Source: an uncultured delta proteobacterium (GTDB taxonomy: Bacteria > Bdellovibrionota > FAC87 > UBA2466). Taken from it: DNA of 64,000 bases. The notes under the pieces are model-generated. The model saw only the letters and a list, made by a program, of their open reading frames with translations. It made no database searches and was not told the DNA's origin. The stretch is taken from NCBI GenBank assembly GCA_963778115.1, contig CAVZSV010000004.1, positions 1,632,001 through 1,696,000 on the forward strand. The letters run 5' to 3'. The position numbers were made by a program, and so were the translations under genes. Shown here piece after piece: positions 40,221 to 49,294 of the stretch; within the stretch, counting starts at the first letter, position 1, and every line of letters starts with the position of its first letter.

Positions 40221-41729
40221 TCATTTCTTAGATTGCTTCTTTGCCATGTATTTTTGAACAACCGACTCCAACTTTGAGACTTCATCATCTGTTAGCATTG
40301 AAAATACGTTCTTCCGTTTGCCGCTACTTAGATATCCAGCGTTTTGGATGCACAGTTTGATAAAAAGATCTATTTTTCGATCTGGCATATCCACAATCTT
40401 CTGCATTGCTTTCTTTGCATAATCGTAATTGACGAGAAAGTTTAGTTCGTCCGGAAGTTCAGAATCGATCGTTTCTTCTAGAAAGTCGAAGAGTGACTCA
40501 CATATCGATGTCATATCTATGAAGCGGTAATAAATCACCGTTTCGTTCATGACGTTCATTGAGCCATCACTATCCATTTCGTAATTCATTAGGGGCATTA
40601 GAGGAACTGAATAGCTTTCTAATGTTGTGTCGTAATCCCGAATCCTCCGGAGAATTGTAGCTGAGATTGGGAAGACGACTTCCTTGGGAGTGTAGCCACG
40701 ACTAGCAAGGATATGGTGAATTAAGAATCTGTGTATGCGGCCATTGCCGTCCTCAAACGGATGAATAAATACAAAACCAAATGAAATCGCGGCAGCGTGA
40801 ACGACCGGTGAGGTTTGAGACCGGCGCAATTGCTCGTTGCATTGAATGAGACCATCCATTAATGAGGGAAGGTCGTCTGGCTTCGGTGAAACATAGTGAA
40901 TTATTTCGCGATGTAAATCGATGCTTTCGCCAACATAGTTTTGCGATTTTCTGTAATCTGACTCTGCAAATCTTTCGTCCACGATCTGATTTTGCAGCTT
41001 GATGAGATTCTCTTTGGTTACAAAATTTCCCTTATCAGCGCTACGGAGGGAAGTTACAAATCGCGAAATTCGAGTTTCGTCGGGTTCTTCTCGTTCTATT
41101 TGAAATGATGATTTCGTTTCCTTGGTATAGAGATAGTGGATCGCTCTAGCGATTACATCCCGCGGATATTTTTTTACAATCTCGACGCTCCTCGCATCTA
41201 AGTGTTTTTCTTCAAATTCACGCAGCCGATCAGTTTTACGAACTTGAGGACTGAAATTTTTAGTACCCAACAGATTGTTATTTATTCGCTGTCTGCGGCA
41301 GGGGATTCCTTCGCTGGTGTAATATTCATCCTTTTCTAAGAGGTCGATGTAGTTTCCAACCTGAACATCGTCAAGTTGAGCTAGCGTTTTTTCAGTCAAG
41401 AACTCGTAGAGAAACCAGATTCTTCTAGAATATTTCCCAGTCGGTCGTGCTTGGATGTGTTTGAGCAGATCTGCTTCATCTATCTTCTGAAATAGCTGAC
41501 TTAGGATTTCAAGATTTGTCCCCTCATATTTCAGGGCAAACTCAAGCAGATCTCCTAACTCCGAACCTGGCTCATATTGCGTGGGATATATTTCTTCACG
41601 GCTAAGATCTGCCTGATTGTTGGTCCGCCGAGCTCCCTGAGTACTTATGTAGCTGACGCAATAGTTTGGGAGCGCGCGCAACTTGTACCTGTCTATTAAA
41701 GCTAGATATCCTGTTTGTTTCTGAGTCAT
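40221..41729 (-). CDS. Fic family protein (long form)
   Basis: Canonical HPFEDGNGRIHR; FALKYEG and ETKSSFQIE motifs. Confidence 0.92.
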   Translation of the reverse strand: MTQKQTGYLALIDRYKLRALPNYCVSYISTQGARRTNNQADLSREEIYPTQYEPGSELGDLLEFALKYEGTNLEILSQLFQKIDEADLLKHIQARPTGKYSRRIWFLYEFLTEKTLAQLDDVQVGNYIDLLEKDEYYTSEGIPCRRQRINNNLLGTKNFSPQVRKTDRLREFEEKHLDARSVEIVKKYPRDVIARAIHYLYTKETKSSFQIEREEPDETRISRFVTSLRSADKGNFVTKENLIKLQNQIVDERFAESDYRKSQNYVGESIDLHREIIHYVSPKPDDLPSLMDGLIQCNEQLRRSQTSPVVHAAAISFGFVFIHPFEDGNGRIHRFLIHHILASRGYTPKEVVFPISATILRRIRDYDTTLESYSVPLMPLMNYEMDSDGSMNVMNETVIYYRFIDMTSICESLFDFLEETIDSELPDELNFLVNYDYAKKAMQKIVDMPDRKIDLFIKLCIQNAGYLSSGKRKNVFSMLTDDEVSKLESVVQKYMAKKQSKK

Positions 41730-42103
41730 GCTCCTAAAATCCTTATTCGGCGAATAAATTGATTATAATTAGTAAAATCCTAATAAAATGATTATCTGAC
41801 ATAGGGTTATTATTATAACAGCTACATATTTTATTGAAGCACCTAAAATCCTTATCGTGTATCTAAAATATATAGAAACTGCCATTAATTCAATAAAACA
41901 ACTAAATCTGATGAATACTCAAGGATAACGACAGGTTGTACCAGTAGCATAAAGTCAAATAAGTTCAATAACTTAGCTAGAACTTGGGCAAAGATTTTCT
42001 TAATGCTACAGACGAGGTGCGTTAGCATTTCTGCATGGACTGCAGTTGTTGTATGCCCCCCCTGCCGATTTTTTTGCGTAAGCGCCACGCAGGAGTTCAG
42101 CTG

Positions 42104-42538
42104 ATGTGGAAAAAGCTCAGAAAATCACATGCTGCATTTCTTACCTTAAGTTGCCTCTATAGCAGCTTTTCGCACGCTCTCATCATTTTGAATGCAAACG
42201 ATGTTGAGCGAAATGGAAACGCAGTAAAGTCCTCCTACGGACGTCTTTTCCACTATGTTCCCCGCGAGATGGGAATGGGCTTCGTTGCCGATTTGTATCA
42301 AATCGAGCGTGGCCATTCGCTCTCAATACTATCGACAAAATCTCAATACGAAGGCCTCAACAATGTAGGTGGTAGAGGAGAGTTCATTCTCGAAGGCGAA
42401 TTAAATGCACGCCACTTCGCAGACAGATCCTTTCTCGCATTGGGAGTTCACAACGGCTATCGGATTACCGCTAACAACAAAGGCCTCAGCTTTCTAAGTG
42501 TAAAGCGAACAATCGCGACCAGTGAGACGCCAATTTGA
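42104..42538 (+). CDS. Hypothetical secreted protein, possibly 3'-truncated at R3
   Basis: AGGAG RBS, signal peptide (..SHA); ends immediately before R3. Confidence 0.5.
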   Translation: MWKKLRKSHAAFLTLSCLYSSFSHALIILNANDVERNGNAVKSSYGRLFHYVPREMGMGFVADLYQIERGHSLSILSTKSQYEGLNNVGGRGEFILEGELNARHFADRSFLALGVHNGYRITANNKGLSFLSVKRTIATSETPI

Positions 42539-42590
42539 GTTTAATTTGTAGCGGTTGCGAGATGAGGGGTTAAAACCCTCTCCTCGGGAT
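42520..42590 (+). repeat. Collapsed att-like element copy R3
   Basis: CAGTGAGA, TAGCGGTTGCGAGA (identical to R1), GAGGGGTTAAAACCCTCTCCTC, then CGGGAT. Confidence 0.7.
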
Positions 42591-42621
42591 TTCTCTCGAT
42601 TTCCCATTCACATCTCCCGCA

Positions 42622-42798
42622 CTAATCCCCCTCCTCCCTTTCCTCTAACGAAACCTCTTCAACCTCCCCAGATTCGAGTTGTTTCTTAAGTTTTTGGCAG
42701 AGTGGGCAGTCGTCAAAGAGATCTTCCTTCTCAGAGTCAAAAGGAACTACAGTTTCATAAATGGATTTCTGATCTAGTCTTTGGAACATTTTCTCCAT
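42622..42798 (-). CDS. 58-aa acidic CxxC protein (not in the ORF track)
   Basis: MEKMFQRLDQKSIYETVVPFDSEKEDLFDDCPLCQKLKKQLESGEVEEVSLEEREEGD; GAAGGAG RBS; sigma-54-like TGGCATTCTTTTCGCA at 42823-42838. Confidence 0.7.
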   Translation of the reverse strand: MEKMFQRLDQKSIYETVVPFDSEKEDLFDDCPLCQKLKKQLESGEVEEVSLEEREEGD

Positions 42799-42987
42799 GG
42801 CTTCTCCTTCGCAACATCACTATGCGAAAAGAATGCCATCGGCACGCGCATGATAAGCGGTGAAGGAGAACCGATTTCCGGACTGAAGGGACCTATTTCC
42901 GTTCCCAGCCTTGGATCTCCCTCCCAATGGGCCAACGGGTCATCTTGAAATTACCGATGACCCGTTCCGAAAGGGCCCGCTAGGAGA

Positions 42988-43329
42988 GTGTCACTTTACG
43001 CATTAATGCCTCTACAGACCGAGGATACAAGAATACCAACCGGTGAGCGTCGCTTAGTGAAATATATAGGAGAAGCCTCGAAAACTCCGGACCAAATTCT
43101 TGAAGAAAAGGAGACGACGAATCAACTCACGTCCGCTATAAAGCAATTCTCTGATGAAGACCAAGAAATATTAGAGACGATCTTCGATGAGATACTTCGC
43201 ATCCACCATTATCGGGATCAACAACAACTAATTAAATTCATTGAACGAAAGTTCAGTGGAAGTATATCCCGCGAAACGATATTGCGATTATTCGGACAAA
43301 TATCCGAAAACCTCCGAGCCTCAGCGTGA
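42988..43329 (+). CDS. Hypothetical protein (possible gene fragment)
   Basis: AGGAG RBS plus GTG; helical 113-aa product. Confidence 0.45.
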   Translation: MSLYALMPLQTEDTRIPTGERRLVKYIGEASKTPDQILEEKETTNQLTSAIKQFSDEDQEILETIFDEILRIHHYRDQQQLIKFIERKFSGSISRETILRLFGQISENLRASA

Positions 43330-43376
43330 ACATTTGTAATGAATACTTTCGTGTCGGAACGCGGTAAAACGTACCG

Positions 43377-44300
43377 GTGAATAGGATAAATCAGCACCAT
43401 GTATGGAGTAGCTACCTTGAAGCCTGGACAAATAAAAACAGCTTCGCTTGCCTGAGAAACGGTAAGGGATTTATCTGCCAGCCAAGTAATGTGGCGGCGC
43501 AAAGATACTTCTATAAGGCCGAGGAATTAAGCATTACTGATATCGACTTCATTGAGAAGGTACTATTGGCCCCGATGCCAGCTTTTGTTCGAGCCATTAA
43601 CCGCGACTGGTTGCGAACTTTCAACATTCCGTTTCAGCTTCTCTCTAGTCTCCGATCGACTGGAATAAGTGAGCAGATCTTGGAAGAGAAGCGCAAGTGG
43701 TTAGAAAACAATATTATCGAAGATCTCCACGCGAGTATAGAGGCAGACGGGTTACCATATCTCGACTCTTTGCGAAGGGGGGACAGCGAATTTTTTGCAA
43801 ATGAAGATGAAAGAGAAAGCTTTCTTATATTCTTATGCGCTCAATATTTTAGGACCAGCAAGATAAAAGCCAATATCCAAAATAGCGTAGCAAAAGCGTC
43901 TAAACTTCGCTTGGGATTCGACTTTGAAAGGATATGGAACCCGACGAGTCACATTCTAGCTACCAGTACCGCCTATTCATTATCGAGGGATCGGCTTCAC
44001 CTTATTCTTCTAGAGAACACATCATCGGTACCATTTATTACTGGAGATCAACCTGTTGTAAATACTTATGCAATGTCAGTTCCCTCAGGTGATCAGGTTT
44101 CTAATTTGGAGTTCTACTATCCTGTATCGTCAGAAATTGCCATCCTCATTACGCAAAATGCGAGCCGATTGCCCGGAGGGACTTCCATCGTAGACGAAAC
44201 TTCGGCGAACGAATTTAATAGCCACATCATTGGTAACTCGTTCCGTGAAATTTATGCAAACTCCCTGGAACAGTTGGATGCTATTAATATACCGGGATAG
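43377..44300 (+). CDS. DUF4238 domain protein
   Basis: QHHVWSSYLEAW, NVAAQRYFY, QYFRT, FITGDQPV, YYPVS. Confidence 0.85.
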   Translation: MNRINQHHVWSSYLEAWTNKNSFACLRNGKGFICQPSNVAAQRYFYKAEELSITDIDFIEKVLLAPMPAFVRAINRDWLRTFNIPFQLLSSLRSTGISEQILEEKRKWLENNIIEDLHASIEADGLPYLDSLRRGDSEFFANEDERESFLIFLCAQYFRTSKIKANIQNSVAKASKLRLGFDFERIWNPTSHILATSTAYSLSRDRLHLILLENTSSVPFITGDQPVVNTYAMSVPSGDQVSNLEFYYPVSSEIAILITQNASRLPGGTSIVDETSANEFNSHIIGNSFREIYANSLEQLDAINIPG

Positions 44301-44391
44301 GAAAACTACGGTAGGGCCGTTCAATTAAGGGTTCAAATCTATTTTTCTCGAACCCCTTTTGTTGCAATTTCATCCTTGTGTCTTTTGGGGT

Positions 44392-44604
44392 CGGGCCCGC
44401 CGCGGGACAGGTGGGTGGTATTTGGTTCATATTCCTGCTATTCACTTCAGTGAGAGCCACCAAGTAAGCTCTCGTGATTATTTGTTTGTGATTGAATTTC
44501 ATGGCGTTGAGGAATGAGGGGTTAAAATCCTCTCCTCTCAGCCAGATTTTTCCATGTATTTGAAATCATAGATATCCAAAAATTATTGCACCCCCTTGCG
44601 GGAC
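44392..44604 (+). repeat. att-like element copy R4
   Basis: CGGGCC 44392 / CGGGAC 44403; CCTCTCCTCTCAGCCA 44529-44544; CGGGAC 44599. Left half nearly identical to R1. Confidence 0.85.
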
Positions 44605-44609
44605 ACAGC

Positions 44610-44744
44610 ATTGCGGCTGTTTTCGGAATAAACCCCTCTCTGATTTTATTTCCGAAGGGCTACGAAAGAGCGGATGAAAAAGAGATCAGAAAGATAAGAA
44701 AGGATGCCGCAGCTCTTATCGAAAAGAAAAGAACCTCGGGATGA
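44610..44744 (+). pseudogene. C-terminal remnant of an XRE-HTH gene
   Basis: IAAVFGINPSLILFPKGYERADEKEIRKIRKDAAALIEKKRTSG*; begins right after the R4 arm and has no N-terminus. Confidence 0.5.
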
Positions 44745-44902
44745 AAAATTGTATGCGACTTGAGCAGAAATAAAGGTGCGTGACTCAGTTATGCATAGAC
44801 TTCGTTTCCTGAGAGGAATGAGAAAGAAGGGGTTCAAAGGTATCCTGGGGCCACTTACTAGACGAGCGCCTGATTTCCCGGATTGTGATAGGATCCCCAG
44901 CT

Positions 44903-45145
44903 ATGGAACCAAAATACACAAACGGAGCCCTCGCGTGGCTAAACTTTAGCTTGAGAGTCCAAGAAGAGATCGCCAAGGCCGAGGCGGGCTTCATCTACAA
45001 AAGGGCAAAAAAGCGCACCGAAGTTACGATTCTTGAGGCGATCGTCGATAACCAAAAATTTACGGTCCACTATATCGTCAGTATGGATCTCAGTCCCACC
45101 TACAAAATAGCTAATATTCCCGAGGCTGATCTCTCTCCCCGATGA
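44903..45145 (+). CDS. Small hypothetical protein
   Basis: 80-aa ORF with ATGA overlap to the next gene. Confidence 0.5.
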   Translation: MEPKYTNGALAWLNFSLRVQEEIAKAEAGFIYKRAKKRTEVTILEAIVDNQKFTVHYIVSMDLSPTYKIANIPEADLSPR

Positions 45146-45996
45146 GCGAGTCCCCAATTAAAGACGTTTCTTACACTGCTTTCATGGTAGCTGCTTGCCG
45201 TGCGAAAGAAACCGATCGCGCTGACGCTTTGTTTCGAGACCCTCTGGCAGCGAAGCTCGCTGGCGACAAAGGGAAAAAGATCATTGAAAACCTACCCAAG
45301 ACGGCGCGCCTTGGAGGATGGACGGTGGTTATCCGTACCTGCATCATTGACGATTTTATTCAACGGGCTCTGGCAGAAGGAGTCGATACGATTTTGAACC
45401 TGGGCGCCGGGCTGGATACGCGACCTTATCGCATGGAATTTCCGCCATCGCTCCGCTGGGTTGAGATCGATTATCCTGAAGTCATCAACTTTAAGGAGCA
45501 GCAACTTTCCGACGAAAAGCCGCGGTGCTGTATTGAGCGAGTCAAACTCGATCTCGCCGATCTCTCGGAACGTAGGAGAGTTCTTGATGAAGTCACTTCT
45601 CAATCGAAAAAGACCCTCGTTCTGACAGAGGGTGTGATTCTCTATCTTACTGAGGATGCCGTAGCCTCGTTAGGCACTGATCTGAAAAACAAAAACTCCG
45701 TTCAGTATTGGATCGCAGAATACGTTTCGCCTTCGTTTGCCAAGTCTATGCGACAAAGTGGCGGTCGCACTATGGCAAAATCGCCATTCTTGTTTGATCC
45801 CAAGGACTACTTCGCTCTGTTTGCCGGAGCAGGCTGGAAGGCAAAAGAGATTGTCTATCTCACCGACGAGGCAAAGCGACGGAAACGTCCCGCCCCATTA
45901 CCTTTTATAAAACGAGTTAAAAACTTTTTAAGATCGCCGAAACGCCGCCGCGAATTGACGGAGCAATCCGGTTTTGTCCTCTTTGAGAAGGGGTGA
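45142..45996 (+). CDS. SAM-dependent methyltransferase (LCM-like family)
   Basis: ALFRDPLA, RTCIIDD, NLGAGLDTRPYR, EIDYP, TEGVILYL. Confidence 0.92.
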   Translation: MSESPIKDVSYTAFMVAACRAKETDRADALFRDPLAAKLAGDKGKKIIENLPKTARLGGWTVVIRTCIIDDFIQRALAEGVDTILNLGAGLDTRPYRMEFPPSLRWVEIDYPEVINFKEQQLSDEKPRCCIERVKLDLADLSERRRVLDEVTSQSKKTLVLTEGVILYLTEDAVASLGTDLKNKNSVQYWIAEYVSPSFAKSMRQSGGRTMAKSPFLFDPKDYFALFAGAGWKAKEIVYLTDEAKRRKRPAPLPFIKRVKNFLRSPKRRRELTEQSGFVLFEKG

Positions 45997-46065
45997 GCGG
46001 GACTTATTGGTGACATTTTTGGGCACCTTCTGCCCAGCATCGGTCTGTGCTATAAGCTGCGGACC

Positions 46066-47436
46066 ATGAACAATCCCCGTGCCGCCATGCTCTTTCTTCT
46101 CTGTGCGATCGCAGGGCCGCAGTTTTCTTGGGGAAAGATACAAAAGATTTCGGAACTTAACGGAATTTCGACCTATAAGCTCGATCAACCTCTCGATCAT
46201 TCAAACCCCAAAGCTGGAGTCTTCGATCAACGAATCTTCGTAGTTCACAATCCGAACGCGAAAAAAGACGCACCGATCTTTATAGAGTCAACCGGAGTAT
46301 TTACTACAGACGCGCCGTCTCTGGCCCAAAGAGAGTACGAAACGTTTGCCCGACCGCTGGGAGCGCACCTGGTGCTCGTGGAGCACCGTTTAACAGGCAA
46401 GAGCCTACCCGAGCAGCTCCGCCCGGTATCAAAGCGACTTGCTTTCTTCAATCTTTTTCAGGTAGTCGAGGACTTGGCGACAGCTCAAAGAGCGACCAGT
46501 GATTTACTACCCGGAAAAGGAAAATGGTTTGCCATCGGAGGCTCCTACACGGCATCTATCGCTCTATTGCTGGCTGAGACCTATCCAGCCACCATCGATG
46601 GGGTTTACGCCTCTTCACCTAGTCATCCGGGTTTGGGCGCATTCACTGCTCGGCCCATCGAACGCATCGAAGAAATTTTGGGCAAGCCATGTTCAACGAA
46701 AATCGAAAAGTTAATTGCATGGACAGAGCAAGCTCTGGAAGGAGCTTCGAGAGAAAGGATAAGTGAATTCGGCCGCGATGTCTTTGGAACCTCTCTCTCC
46801 ATAGAGCAGCCCGAAGATGTTTTTTTTGTCATCATGAACATTACCGCCATGTCGGCAGAGAATTCGGAAATGCTCTGTCGATTCCTCGATCGTAGCTTTG
46901 CGGACCCGAAAATAGATCCCTTAATTGTCTTGGCAAAACTCGCCCGTCCTTACCGAGAAAATTATGGCGATGCTTTCTTAGAAACGAACGCTGGCATCAC
47001 GGCGGGGCTAGAGGAAAAAGCTACGGAAATTTTTCAGATGAGCGCACTTTGGCGGTATCTTGCTTGTAGTGAGCTGGGTTCGATGTGGATAGCTTCCCCG
47101 AAGACCAGGCTCCTATCGGCTAAGGTTAGCGAGAGTTATTACACTGAAAGCTGTCGGCGACTCTTTGGGATCGATCCCAGTAAGACTAAGGAAGACGCTT
47201 GGATTGGCAACAAGATTGCCGCAAGTATGACTGCTCTGGGGAAGGTGCTCATTACCGATGGCTGGAAGGACCCCTGGAGTATCGACGGACTGATTCCGCA
47301 AGAGCATGTACGCGTGGGTAAGAATGGCGTTTACTATAGACGCAAGGACGGCACCCATTGTAGCGACCGAGTTCCCCCGGACGAGGGAGGTCTCAAATTG
47401 CAAAAGTCCGCTCTCAATTTGCTGAATTCCTGGTAA
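46066..47436 (+). CDS. Secreted serine peptidase, S28/S37 type
   Basis: QPLDHSNP...FDQR, VEHR..GKS, GGSY nucleophile, DPWS, HCSD. Confidence 0.85.
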   Translation: MNNPRAAMLFLLCAIAGPQFSWGKIQKISELNGISTYKLDQPLDHSNPKAGVFDQRIFVVHNPNAKKDAPIFIESTGVFTTDAPSLAQREYETFARPLGAHLVLVEHRLTGKSLPEQLRPVSKRLAFFNLFQVVEDLATAQRATSDLLPGKGKWFAIGGSYTASIALLLAETYPATIDGVYASSPSHPGLGAFTARPIERIEEILGKPCSTKIEKLIAWTEQALEGASRERISEFGRDVFGTSLSIEQPEDVFFVIMNITAMSAENSEMLCRFLDRSFADPKIDPLIVLAKLARPYRENYGDAFLETNAGITAGLEEKATEIFQMSALWRYLACSELGSMWIASPKTRLLSAKVSESYYTESCRRLFGIDPSKTKEDAWIGNKIAASMTALGKVLITDGWKDPWSIDGLIPQEHVRVGKNGVYYRRKDGTHCSDRVPPDEGGLKLQKSALNLLNSW

Positions 47437-47583
47437 CCCACTGTAGATCTTGTCATAAACTTTAGGCCACACCCCTCGTCGGCACTTCAAGCCAGTAGCT
47501 AAACAGTGCCCGTCGTAATTTGGGCTCGAAGGGCTCGGTCTTATGACCACGCCCCCCTGTGCGTACGACGGGCACCTTGGGAT

Positions 47584-48519
47584 TTACTGCGCAAACTGCA
47601 TTCCCAATTTCAGCGCGTCCGCCTTGGCAATAGGCAAACTCGTATCATCGTTAAAGAGCGCGCGCGATAGTTGCGTTCCGGAGGTTCCCACTTGGGTTAA
47701 ATTTGCCTCCCTAAAGTCGCTGCCAGAGAAGTCGGAACCCGTTAGCTCAGAGTCGGTCAGATCGGCACTATTAAAATCAGTCCGATCAAATTCTGAATTG
47801 ATGATTTTGGCACCTATCACCCGTGAAGCATAAAACCGAGATCCGCCAAATTCACCATTGGATATGTTTACGGCAGTCAGATCAATCTCTCGCATGTCCG
47901 TCCCGGCGATGGTCGCAGAAGTCATATTCGCTCTGGTGGCATCAGCGCCAATGAGAAGGCAGCTATCCAGACTAACCGAGGTAAGGTTGGCATCGACCAA
48001 TTTAGCTCGATTAAAAGACGACTGGCTCCCTGACATCTGCGTTAGATTAGCTCCAATTAGATCAGAGTCATCGAAATCAGCGCGATCAACCTGAGCTTTG
48101 GACAAACTTGCTCCCGTCAAATCGGCATTGCGAAATATCGCACTCTTAGCACTAACACCTTCTAATATCGTCTGTTTTAGTGAAGCACGAAAAAACGAAA
48201 CTTCGTCGAGATTAGCCGAAGTCAGATCGGCTCCATCTACAATGGCACTTCTAAGATCGGCGCCGGTCAGTTTTGCGCTTTTGAGACTCGCATGGCTTAA
48301 ATTTGCTCCACGTAGATCTATCGAAGTCAGATCCGCATTATCAAGGTTAGTGCCCTGGAGATTGCCACACTCGCCAAGAAAGCCCACATTTAGCCCCGCC
48401 ACTCCAGCTCCATCTTGGCAGACGCTCCCCTTCAGTCGAAATCCTTGATCATGCGCGTAGAGCGGGTTCGCGGTAAAAATCGTTAGCCCCAATATCAAAA
48501 GCCGTTTATGAATGGTCAT
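47584..48519 (-). CDS. Secreted pentapeptide-repeat protein
   Basis: Signal peptide and many A(D/N)Lxx repeats. Confidence 0.93.
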   Translation of the reverse strand: MTIHKRLLILGLTIFTANPLYAHDQGFRLKGSVCQDGAGVAGLNVGFLGECGNLQGTNLDNADLTSIDLRGANLSHASLKSAKLTGADLRSAIVDGADLTSANLDEVSFFRASLKQTILEGVSAKSAIFRNADLTGASLSKAQVDRADFDDSDLIGANLTQMSGSQSSFNRAKLVDANLTSVSLDSCLLIGADATRANMTSATIAGTDMREIDLTAVNISNGEFGGSRFYASRVIGAKIINSEFDRTDFNSADLTDSELTGSDFSGSDFREANLTQVGTSGTQLSRALFNDDTSLPIAKADALKLGMQFAQ

Positions 48520-48715
48520 ACTAATCTCCTCTAGAGTTGTGCCCTGACTCTAAAATGGCAGAAAAGAACGTTGAGGTGCACTTATCTTGCCTTAAAGTCC
48601 ATGATGGGATTTGACATGATAGGGCGGCGTCAAGCCAAAGAGACAACGACCCAATGTGTCGCTTGACCTCGCGACACTCCGGGCTGTATTTCTTGCAGCC
48701 TTAGGGAGGTCAAAG

Positions 48716-48973
48716 ATGAAATTACTACAATCCGCCCTTCTGGTGTCTCTATTTTCGGTTCAAGCTTTGGGAGCCTCATGGACCTGTGTGGCTTATTGTC
48801 GGGGAGAGGATGATCGTAACGTTAAGTTCGACCAGCGATTTTCCTCTGAAGGAGAAAGTCTGAGCGACGCTTGGACAAAATGGGATGATCAGTGCGTTGC
48901 TTGGGCAAAAAATTCCAAAGTAACTCAGCGAGATTTACCCGCGGTTCCGACACTCGTCTGCGCTAAGAACTAA
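48716..48973 (+). CDS. Small secreted 4-Cys protein
   Basis: GGAGG RBS, signal peptide, CVAYC...C...C. Confidence 0.75.
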   Translation: MKLLQSALLVSLFSVQALGASWTCVAYCRGEDDRNVKFDQRFSSEGESLSDAWTKWDDQCVAWAKNSKVTQRDLPAVPTLVCAKN

Positions 48974-48993
48974 GGTATCCTGGCCGTAAATTC

Positions 48994-49224
48994 CTAATGC
49001 GGCCGCCAGGTTCTGCGAATCTGATTTGCAATCGTCGCGACCTCGTCTAAAGGGGTTTCGTTCGCTCGGATGGTAATACTGGGCGCTATCGAAAAATTCT
49101 CCCTAAGGATCGCAGCGAGTTGAGTTACGTGAGCGCCTCCAATGATGAACACGTAGGGCTTCTGCTTACCCGTATTCTTAACGATGTTAGGATCGAAGCT
49201 ACTAACGTATGCTAAGTTGTGGCT
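48994..49224 (-). pseudogene. Possible 3' gene remnant
   Basis: Start-less open frame ...KPYVFIIGGAHVTQLAAILRENF...*. Confidence 0.3.
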
Positions 49225-49294
49225 TTAATGGAATTTATCGATAGAACATGAGGACGTCCGTATAGAAAAACGAAGCTCCCCTATTCCACATCAA

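Noticed and set aside
42988..43329. Sigma-factor region-4 fragment
   Set aside because: Only a weak resemblance (TPDQILEEKE..AIKQF..DQEIL); no clear HTH.
38209..44604. Repeats as a CRISPR array or classical integron attC sites
   Set aside because: Units are ~220 bp, kilobases apart, with no cas or intI. They lack the RYYYAAC..GTTRRRY hairpin and instead contain a tRNA 3' end.
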